Part shown: positions 53,851 to 64,000 of the stretch, piece by piece | Numbering within the stretch: the first letter of the stretch is position 1 | Layout: each line of letters opens with the position of its first letter | NCBI RefSeq assembly: GCF_006345805.1 | Contig: NC_043002.1 | Location: 116,250,001 to 116,314,000 of the forward strand | DNA from: Octopus sinensis | Lineage: Eukaryota | Length of the DNA stretch: 64,000 bases | Reading direction: 5' to 3' | Notes under the pieces: generated by a model | What the model saw: the letters and a program-made list of their open reading frames with translations, nothing else | What the model was told of the DNA's origin: nothing | The model's database searches: none | Program-made: the position numbers and the translations under genes

Positions 53851-55511
53851 AAAACATTGAATCCATTATCGTTCCTACTGAAGAAAACATGGTTACATGC
53901 TAGAATTTTCAACTTCTAGAAATATCAATGTAATTCATATTTCTTTGTAGACGACCTCAAGATTTATGCTAAAAATGTTAACAATGTCAAAAAAGAACTG
54001 GAATTAATAACATTTTCAGTTGATATAGGCATGAAATTTGGCCAAATGAAATGTTCATATTTGGTCATAGAACAAGGAAAGTCAGTCCCAAAACCCAAAA
54101 CCTGTGCATCAACAGTCTCTCTACCTCCCCTATTCACACAAAGACTGTTACAAGTACCTATGCATATATGAAAATGTATTATATGAAGGTACTGTGAATA
54201 AAAATAGAGTAACCCGAGAGTATTATACCAGACTTAGGAAAATATGGCAGTCGGAACTCTCCCAAAACGGTATCTCGCAATGCATTTGCAGTACCAGCGC
54301 TGATCCCAACATTTGGGAAACTTGATTGATCTGTAGAGGAAATCCACTCCATAGATATCAAAACCTGAAAACTCCTGACAACAGTGATGTTGACAGTCTC
54401 TGTCTAAGAAGAAATGAGGGTGGTAGAGGCCTGAGATCAGGGCAGACGGCCTTCGAATGCCGTATGGTATCACTCAGGCAGCACCTGCTGAACAACAGCA
54501 GCAAAAATATGTAAATACAGGGCTGAAAAGTGAAGTGAGCAGCATTGTACGAATCGGCAGTGAGCTCCCCAAGAAGCACTCCCTTCCTGATGATCTCCTA
54601 TACAGCCTCAAAACAGCTGGGATCTTTTACCTCAGAGAAGACCTGGATGGACAGCACACATTCACACACACGAAAAAAGACTATGCATGGGTATGTTGCC
54701 CGGAAGCTTGAAGAAGACACGAAGTGCAGCCTTTCTTGGACACAAGACCACCACATCACATAACACTTTGAAGGCTATGCGTTTGCAATCCAGGAACAGG
54801 AGATTCCCCCAAAGTACCCGGTGAACAAGATAGACAGTGACGCTCTTGTAATCTCAAGGTGCAACTGCATGTGTAGGCTATGTCATGCATGTGGTTAGCA
54901 GCTGTCCTAAAATGTCGCCACGGTACTACTTCCCTATGCAGCACGATGCTGTCACTAAAACAATTTACTATGCCATCCGCAAAAAAGACTGTCCTGAAAT
55001 AAACTTAGAAAATCCCTCTATTATGGAATACATTCATAAACACCAACTCAAGGAATACTGATGCAAGTTTCTCATCAAAACCTCTGTCAAATGTAAACAT
55101 AACAGGTCGGAACTTGTTGTTTGGGACAGAGGGACAAAGGTATGTACCGTCATAAACGCCAGCTGCCCTGCAAATATAAATATCTCTTTGAAAATCAAAG
55201 GAAATGAGGATATCTATGGACAACTGCTTCAAAACCTCCAGTTTCTATATCCAGACTATGAATTCATATTCATACCAATAATAATTGGAGCACTAGGTTT
55301 TGTTAGTAAAATTCTTAAAGGAGAATCTGGTTAATTTGTACATTACAAGAGTAATCTGTGAGGGGAACAGTCAAAATATGCAAGACTTTTCTCAAGTTCC
55401 AAATGTGAATTTGTCTGTGTTAACTACATCCCAAAGATGGAGCCTTATATCTTTTTTGGAAACCGGCTCCCACCTCAGTGGAAGATTTATAATAATTAAA
55501 AATAGAAGAGG
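53851..55511 (+). mobile_element. 5'-truncated R4/Dong-like non-LTR retrotransposon (RT C-half, zinc knuckle, RLE), copy 2
   Basis: HIFFVDDLKIYAKN...FSVDIGMKFGQMKC, SDVDSL.LRRNEGGRGL, HVVSSCPKMSPRYYFPMQHDAV, KHNRSELVVWD, PIIIGALG. Frameshifts and stops are present. Confidence 0.9.
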
Positions 55512-55820
55512 CATACGTACGTACATATACACATATATGTGTACGTACGTACATACATACATATATACGTACGAACGTACATACATACATTCATACATAC
55601 ATACATACATACATACATACATACATACATACATACAAACATACATACATACATACATACATACATACATACATACATACATACATACATACATACATAC
55701 ATACATACACACATACAAACATACATACATACATACATACATACATACATACATACATACATACATACATACATACATACATACATACAAACAAACATAC
55801 ATGCATATGTACACACATAC
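55512..55820. repeat. (TACG)/(TACA)n microsatellite at the 3' side of R4-like copy 2
   Basis: Long direct TACA run. Confidence 0.95.
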
Positions 55821-56057
55821 TAGGCTCTCGTGTCTTAGACGTCTGATGAGGATTCTGCAATTTCTTGCTGGATAACGTGCACATTCAATTTGTTTACAGT
55901 GATCAACTGTGTGGTGTACATTAGCTCATTGGTTCTGTAAAGTCAACACTGTGCACACAGGTGAGTGGAAAAAAGTGAAGTTAAGTGTTTTGATAAAGAA
56001 CGCAGACCGGTGAGCGAAAGCATGATCTTGCAATCGTGAGTGCAAGCCCCGAAACAT

Positions 56058-56138
56058 TCCATCCATCCATCCATCCATCCATCCATCCATCCATCCAGCC
56101 AGCCAGCCAGCCATCCATCCATCCAGCCAGCCAGCCAG
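56058..56138. repeat. (CCAT)n/(CCAG)n microsatellite
   Basis: Direct tetranucleotide runs. Confidence 0.95.
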
Positions 56139-56765
56139 ACACACATATGCAAGTAGACTGTGTGATCGAAAATTTCTTTAGTATCAATGCGTTCATGCTA
56201 AAAACCGAAGTCTACTGAGCTTTGTTAAGGTTTTATTTGCTCGCTTTCTATCCTATCACTCCTCTCCATTGTAGGAGTTACTTGCTCTCGTCTATGACCA
56301 TTTAACACTCAACATCAGCACTCCTCAATTGACTGATACTCCTTAATGTTTCCAGGAGAGCTGGTCCAATGTTAGGTTGTTCAAGTACTTCAGCCATCCT
56401 CACATCTGCGAAAAGTTGGACTACGTATGACAATTGGACGGGATTACCGTCATAGTGTACGATTTCCAGAACAATATATATATATTTCATATTTGGATTA
56501 TGGTATTAGCTAAAATATATAAAGCGATTTATCTATCAAAAGGTATTTGCTACAAAACAGCGAAGATTTCATTAACAATATTGTTTTAACGAAATGAGAA
56601 GATATTTTATAGACACCTGAATCACTATAATTTGTATGTACACACACACACACACACACACGAATATAAACAGCTAGGCGCAATATGATACCATATAATT
56701 TTTAATATACACATACTCATTAGCATTTCACTAAATCAGCCATAAATTTCAATGGTAAAAATATA

Positions 56766-57596
56766 CAGCGTGCGATGGGTAAATTGTCGCCATTTTATAA
56801 TTTTAATTTCGCGCATGCGCGTTGTTTTTTGTTGACTACACTGTATGGCAGGGTCAGTTGGGTACCGTCTGTGAAAAAAAACAACACAATGAAGCATTTC
56901 ACTCTGCCAGAAACTTGGAAACAAGTTCTATTGCTTGGCATTCACACTGGAAGCACCAACACGAACATTTCAGAGTGTTTGGGCGTCAATCTGAGGACAG
57001 TGCATGTACCAAGGGTGATAAAAATCAAACATCAAGTCAACATCATGGTGTTTGGAGTGAGTGATCACTAGTGATGGCGACGTTATGCCACCATTCATCA
57101 ACCCACGTGGCCTCAGACTCTACACGGAAGCCTCCTGGAGGAGGTAGTGCTGCCCTGGGTCAAGAGGGTGGCTGCTGGACTCTGCACCATGCCACACAAG
57201 CAGGAGACCCAATCATGACTGTCAGACAATTTTTGAGACCACGCCATCTCTAACATCTGGCAACCTAACTCCCCAGACTGCAATCCCCTTGATTATTATG
57301 TGCGGGGTGCAGTTGATCGAGAGACCAACAAAAGTCCTTGTAACACCAAAGATGAATTGAAGACAAAGATCATGGCAGCATTCACCAACAAGGAGACCGT
57401 CCAGAAGTGTTGCAGGAGATTCCGAAGTCGTCTGGAGGCCTTAGTTAAAGCTAATGTTGATTTTATTGAATAAATTTACTCTTTAGTATTTCAAAGGATT
57501 TTTATGTAATTTTGGTAAATATAACAGTTAAAATGAGATGTCAGTGTTATTTTCATTTTTGTGTGATTTAGACGACAATTTATTCATCGCACCCTG
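56766..57596 (+). mobile_element. Internally deleted maT-like (DD37D) transposon
   Basis: TIRs CAGCGTGCGATGGGTAAATTGTCGCC / GACGACAATTTATTCATCGCACCCTG. N-terminal MKHFTLPETWK..GVNLRTV is fused to NIMVFG, DSAPCH and W.PNSPDCNPLDY. D-D spacing is about 37 when the frameshift is bridged. Confidence 0.85.
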
Positions 57597-58022
57597 AATA
57601 TATTGGCAGACGGATTTAGCCAAAACAGAGCGTTTGAGTAGTCTCTATTGACGAGCCTATTACTGACAGGCGAAACTAGTTTAGTCTAGTGATCCTCACG
57701 GTGCGGTTATCTTTCCTGTCAGTGTGTACATGCTGCGCGCTTCTTACAGCATTAAGAGTTTTTACTTCTTGCAATATAGATGTTTCGGCACGCTCAGTCA
57801 CAATTAGTGAAGGTATAAGATCTTTTCACTTTGACCGGCAGATTTTTAAAATAATTTCTTTGTAACTAAACACTTTTAAACTTCGTATACTGTTAGTGTG
57901 TTACATAAAACATCTTTTTCTCTTAGCTTTCTTGAGAAAAAGTCTGTAGTTTGTAAGCTATTTGTTGTTTAATTTCTTGCATTTCGGCAATTTCAACCAA
58001 TCATTGACGTCTATTGAGGTGA

Positions 58023-58059
<37 letters not shown>

Positions 58060-58073
58060 ACACACACACACAC

Positions 58074-58226
58074 GACGGGCTTATTTCAGTTTTCGTCTAT
58101 GAAATCCACTCTTAAGGTCCGTGGCTATAGTGGAAGACATTTGTCCAAGGTGCCGCGAAGTGGGACTGAACCCGGAACCATGTAGTTGGGAAGCATGTTT
58201 CTTACCACACAGCTACGCCTGCGCCT
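58074..58226 (-). mobile_element. tRNA-derived SINE, family D, 5' part
   Basis: Reverse complement AGGCGCAGGCGTAGCTGTGTGGTAAG...CCGGGTTCAGTCCCACTTCGCGGCACCTTGG; ends in a (CA)n tract. Confidence 0.8.
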
Positions 58227-58546
58227 TTGTATATAGTTATTTTATATTATTTAAAAAAAATCTTATTTCAAGAGTAAGTATATATTAAACAAAGATTGTA
58301 AAACTTGTAATATCTTTAATTCCACGTCACTCGCGTTCCATTCCAAGAATGGAGTTACAAGATATATCGATGTAGAAAGCATGTATAGGATCTCCTAACT
58401 CTAATTGTTTAGACAAAAAGTTAAAAAAATAATAACATACTATAATATTATTTTTGAATCTTTGTCTGAAGAATTATGGATAGGAAATCCTATCGCTGCT
58501 TTCCGCATGTATATACCTCGTAACTCTTATCCTGTAATGAAACAAG

Positions 58547-60254
58547 TCATCATCATCATCATCATCATCATCGTTTTCCATGCTAGCACGGGTTGGACGG
58601 TTCGACCGGGGTCTGGGAAGCCAGGAGGCTGCACCAAACTCCAGTCTGATCTGGCAGTGTTTCTACAGCTGGATGCCCTTCCTAACGCCAACTACTCCGT
58701 GAGTATAGTGGGTGCTTTTTACGTGCCGCCGACACATATGCCAGATGAGACTGCCAACGGCCACGATCGGTTGGTGCTTTTTACGAACCACCGGCTCAGA
58801 AGCCAGTCAAGGCAGCGCTGGCATCGGCCACGTTCGGATGGTGCTTTTTACGTGCCGCCGGCACAGGTATCATTACAATTTCCATTTGATATTTATTTTG
58901 ATGTTGATGTACTTGACTCAATAGGTCTCCTCACGCACAGCAGGTCACCCTACGATCCAAGGTAAGCACAGCAGGTCGTTCTGCAGTCCAAGGTACTTCG
59001 GATGGGCTGGGGCTACGCGAAACTGGTGCAGGAAGCAGCCATGAACTCACATTATTTGTCGGGTCTTTGCAGTCACAGCATATCTCCTGAGATCTCGGTC
59101 TTTCGTCATTGCCACCGTGAGGCCCAACGTTCGAATGTCATGATTGACCACTTCATCCCATGTCTTCCTGGGTCGAGCTCTACCCCGGATACCTTCAACT
59201 GTATGGGAGTGGCACTTCTTCACACATCTCTCCTCATCCATCCGCAGTACATGACCATACCAGCGCAAATGTCTCTCTTGCACACCACATCTGATGCTTC
59301 TTATGTCCAGCATTTCTCTCAGAGCGTTACACTCTGTCGTGCACTCACACTGACATTACACATCCAGCGGATCATGTTAGCTTCATTTCTTTCAAGTCTA
59401 CACATGTCTTCTGCAGTCACAGCCCATGTTTCACTACCGTGAAGCATGGCAGTTCGCACACATGCATCGTACAATCTACCTTTCACTCTGAGCGAGAGAC
59501 CCTTTGTCGCCAGTAGGGGTAGGAGCTTTCTAAACTTTGCCCAGGCTATTCGTATTCTAGTGGTGACACTCTCTAAGCCTCTCCACCTCCACTACTAACT
59601 TGGTCACCTAGGTAGCAGAAACTATCAACTACTTCTAGTTTCCCCTCGTGGAGTGTGATGGTATCTGTTTTCTGAGTATCTGTGGTGTCTATTGCCCCTG
59701 TGCATCTGCCGCACATGAAAGCTATCTTCTTGGTTAATTTTCCTTTGATGTTGCTGCATCTCTTACGCGTCCATAGCTTACACTGGGTACATCTTATGGA
59801 GTTTCTACCTACACCTTTTCTATAGATCGAGCAGGGCCACCTGCCCGAGGGTGTGTGTAATGAGTTCGCCTTTCTGCTTACTATAACTTTGGTCTTTGCT
59901 ACATTTACTCTAAGGCCCATTGATTCTAAACCTAGCTTCCACACCCGAAATTTCTTTTCTAGTTCCGGTAGTGATTCTGCTATGAGGGCCAGGTCATCAG
60001 CATAGAGGAGCTCCCAGGGGCAAACCCGTCTTGAATTCCTCTGTTATTGCCTGGAGGACTATGATGAACAAAAGGAGACTAAGGGCTGAACCTTGGTGGA
60101 CCCCTACTTCTACCCGGAATTCTTCATTATACTCGTTGCCAATCCTAACCTTATTAACAGCTTCTCTGTATAGGGCCTGTACAGCTCTTACCAACCATTC
60201 GTCAATCTCCAGTTTCCGCATTGCCCACCAGATAAGGGATCGGGGGACCCTGTC
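58547..60254 (-). mobile_element. 5'-truncated RTE-clade LINE with (GAT)n tail
   Basis: [48 protein letters not shown] and LRWYGHVLRM (frameshifted). 3' UTR with 66-bp-type units; (CAT)n at 58547-58572. Confidence 0.9.
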
Positions 60255-60411
60255 ATAAAATCAAAAATATACAAAATTTTCATACTTTTGTTTTAACACA
60301 CACACATACACACAAATATATATCCATGCATTTAAATGCATATAAATATATATGTATGTATGTGAATGTGTGTGTGTGTGTGTGTATGTGTGCATATATA
60401 TATATATATAA

Positions 60412-60836
<425 letters not shown>

Positions 60837-61064
60837 TTTATATCACAACTCGTGTTCCACATCACATATATATATAGTAAATCCCCGCAAACGAAGAACA
60901 AACACAAAAAATAACAACGCGTGTATATGGTACATGTAAAGTACTACTAGACGGAAATGGAAGGAAAGAAAGGAAGATTTACATTTTGGGCGAAGCAGAG
61001 GAAAGGTCAATAGAAAAGGAGGAAAAAATCGCCAACGATTCACATGTGGCTACATTTTGAAATG

Positions 61065-61109
<45 letters not shown>

Positions 61110-61112
<3 letters not shown>

Positions 61113-63260
61113 AGAATTCACACAAAAAATGACGAAGACAGGTGTGTAGACAACAAACATGTATTAGTTTAACGCTCAGGAAGTGAAATAGTCTTTTACG
61201 TTTCGAGCCTACGCTCTTCCGCAGAAAGGAACACAGAAAGAAACAAGGAATAAATGAATGTGTAGTGGCTAGCGATCTATCATGGCGAATGCCGGACAGA
61301 GGGGTCACATTGGAGAGCTAGGAGAAAAGGGAGATAATAAAGAAGTGGTGATCCCAAAACTAAGATACGCGTAAGTGTGTATAAGAGAGCATATATGTGC
61401 GTGTGGAAGAGGGCTGGTGACCTTGACGCGTGCGTGTGTGCATGTGCAGGTGTGTGGATGATGGTGTGGGGTTGGGAAGTGGTCAGTGCTCGTGTGTGAG
61501 GGGTGGTATGATGTGTTGTGGTGTTGTGTGGTATGGTGGTGTATGGTGTAGTGGTGTGTGGTGTGATGGTGTTGGGATGTGGGGGAGGTGAGATAGGATG
61601 GATAGGGGTGGTGTGATGTGGGTGCGGGTGGGATAGGAGGTATAGGGATTGTGTAGGGGTGACGATAAAGGGGGAAGGGAGAAGGTGGGTAGGAGTGAAG
61701 AGAAAAGAGGAGAGTAGGAGTGAAGAGAATAAGTAGGAGTCGGAGCGGAGCAAGAGAGGAGAAATGGGTAGGACAAAGTAGGTGTGAGAGGAAGAGAGGA
61801 GAGTTGAGCCCATGTGGTGCAAAGGAGCGAAGAGAGAAGATTAAATCCTGTTCACGGCGACGACGGGAGTCCGGATGGCTCCTGTGCAAGGACAATCCGA
61901 ACACAGACAGGTGTTGCAAAGAGTGGCCAGTAGAGCGGAAATGGCGCGAGACCAAGGTGTCATTGCCGAGTCGGATGCCTAGGAGGTGTTCCGCGAACCG
62001 GTCAGCCAAGGGTCGATGATGGGTACCGGTAAGCGCAAGTGCGGCTGCGTGGGCGGGATCAGGGGAATGAGCCGGGTTGAGTGGTTGGGTTAGGGAAGAA
62101 ACTGTGGACCAAGAGTTCTCGTAGGTTGTAGGCTCGTTTGAAAGAGGGGAGGAGGTCGGTTAGGGAAAATGTGCAAAGTGGAGGGATCGGACTGGAGTCG
62201 CCGGAAGGCTCGGAGAATGGTGCATTGGAGTGGTAGGGTAGTGGGGTGGTAGGTGAGGGGAAACGGGAGACGGCGGGACTGGTGCGGGGAGAGAGAGCAG
62301 ATGCATGGTCTACAGAACGTGCATTGGCAAGGTCGGTGTGGATAGTGGTGAGGGGATGTCCACGTAGGATGAAGTGTTGAACCATGAGTTGAGACTGAGT
62401 CTCAAAGTCATGGTCGTCACTGCAGAGCCTGCGTAGACGGAGGAATTGGAAATAGGGGATGAAAAGCTTGGTGTGTTTGGAGTAGGAGGAGAAGTTGAGT
62501 GTGAGTATGTGTGTTTGTAGTGGATTGAGGTGGTGAGCGTGGAGTGATGAATGCTGACCGAAATGTCAAGGAAGGAGACAGAGGTGTCAGAGATAGTTCA
62601 GGAGAAGTGGAGGGCAGGATGGAAAGATTTGACAAAAGAGAGGAAGGAGTCTAGATGTTCACGGGAGAGTGAGGTCACGATAGTTCGGGAGTGGGACCAG
62701 TGAAACTTGAGAATATTTTGGTCTCAACGTAGCCAACAAACAGGTTCACATAGTTGGGGCACATTCTCGTTCCTATGGCCACTCTCGAGATGCTGGTAAA
62801 AATCACGAGCGAACGAAAAACAGTTGAGTGAAAGGACAAGTTCGGCCAGACAAACGAGTGTGAATGTGTCGGGTAGGGGGTTGGGTCAAAGGTCAAGAAA
62901 ATGTTGGAATGCACGCAGCCTCTCGTGGTGGAGGATCACTGTGTAGAGGCTCTGGATGACGAAAGTGAAGAGAAGTTTAGAGGGGCCAGGAGGGAAGGAG
63001 AAAGTGTTGAACAAACGAATTGCATGGTTTGTGTCATGGATGTGAGAGGTGGGGAAGCCACTAGGGGGAAAGGACATGGTCAAGATATCTGGAGATGAGT
63101 TCAGTGGGGCAGTTGCAGGCGGAGACGATGGGGTGGGCAGGGTTGTTAGGTTTCTGAATTTTGGTGAGGAAGTTAATTGTGGGGGTGCGGACAATGAAGT
63201 TGGAGGCAGTGGGGGAGACGGGAGGAGGAGATGTGGTCATGGATAGTGGAGGGATATACA
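61110..63260 (-). mobile_element. Defective Penelope-like element (Poseidon-type RT and GIY-YIG) with 3' pLTR
   Basis: KIQKPNNPAHPIVSACNCPTELISRYLD, VAIGTRMCPNYVNLFVGYVE, IPYSQFLRLRRLCSDD and DRFAEHL..IR...VSRHF...RRRREQDLIFSL..FAPHGLN, followed by a low-complexity 3' region and a pLTR end abutting (TA)n. Confidence 0.9.
61193..61228 (-). ncRNA. Hammerhead-like motif with atypical 8-nt core
   Basis: CTTT-CTGCGGAA-GAGC GTAG GCTC-GAAAC-GTA-AAAG. Confidence 0.5.
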
Positions 63261-63703
63261 CACATGACAAAATACTCTTCAACTACACAGTGAAACAGAC
63301 ATGTAAAAATTAAGTAATCTTTATTATAATAAAATAATTTTACATTTTACGATTCGTTCATAGTATTAAATCAACTTTTTTTTCACATGGAAATAATTGA
63401 AACATTTATTGTAAGTTAGCTTCAATTTAATGTACTTTCGACAGAAATAAATGTATTACCCAGTACATTAAATCAAGGTTTTCCTGTATGTGAACGTATG
63501 TGTATATGTATATATATCTGTATCTATATATATTGGATAATGTGGTTTTTCCAATTACATGAGCTAAAAGTCGGGGGGTGGGGGAATGAACTGCCTGTAT
63601 CAACTTGCTATAAAAGCAGGTAGTAATTTTAACTTTTCCTTATTCTTAGCGCAAGTTTTGAAGAGTGCTGTTCAATTTTAACAGTTATTTTTTCAAAGCT
63701 ATA

Positions 63704-64000
63704 ATGGAAGTGACAAAGGAGCATATTCGGCATATTTTGCTTTCTGAGTTCAATAAAGGCAACAGCGTAACGGAAAGTGCGAGGAATATTAATGCAGCAT
63801 GTGGGGATCGGATGATAAGCGAAAGCTAGTGTCAACGTTGGTTCCAGAAATTCCGAGCCGGAAACTGCAGCCTAGAAGATGACCCTCATTCTGGAAGATC
63901 TCGATGAGGATGTCCTGCAAACCCAGGTGGAACAAAATCCCATCGTAACTGAGAAGCTTGGATTTGGTCATTCAACCATTCATCGACAGCTACGTGCCAC
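63704..64000 (+). mobile_element. Defective mariner transposase N-terminus (runs off the window)
   Basis: MEVTKEHIRHILLSEFNKGNSVTESARNINAACG...*CQRWFQKFRAGNCSLEDDPHSGR, a mariner HTH region with an in-frame stop and a frameshift. Confidence 0.85.

Noticed and set aside
58405-58965. 186-aa plus-strand ORF
   Set aside because: It runs antisense across the RTE (GAT)n tail and 3' UTR repeats; a chance ORF.
61280-61822. His/Pro/Thr-rich ORFs
   Set aside because: Low-complexity CA-rich 3' region of the Penelope element.

Overview
AT-rich eukaryotic genomic DNA packed with microsatellites and transposon relics. The SINE families, RTE/Penelope content and long (TA)n/(TACA)n tracts look like an octopus (cephalopod) genome; this is inferred from recalled repeat families, not from a search. 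The only clear host gene is a Shaw/Kv3 (KCNC-type) voltage-gated K+ channel on the + strand. One large exon encodes S1-S6 (from 23752), two predicted short C-terminal exons follow (26350-26511, 29420-29508), and no T1 exon is visible in the window. The rest is RTE, CR1/L2-like, HERO-like and R4/Dong-like LINE fragments, two Penelope-like elements (PLEs), maT (DD37D), mariner, hAT and Tigger relics, a non-autonomous Helitron and several tRNA-derived SINE families. Most interesting: (1) several PLE-derived mini-elements and fold-back palindromes in (TA)n tracts that carry hammerhead-ribozyme motifs, including U3:A8 and 8-nt-core variants; (2) an R4/Dong-like retrotransposon whose two copies both sit inside (TACA)n microsatellites; (3) about 5.5 kb of a degenerate 31-bp minisatellite in two oppositely oriented sets; (4) a ~0.5-kb apparently locally templated insertion inside a maT transposase. 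All homology calls are by-eye motif recognition, and TE boundaries are approximate unless TIRs or TSDs are quoted.
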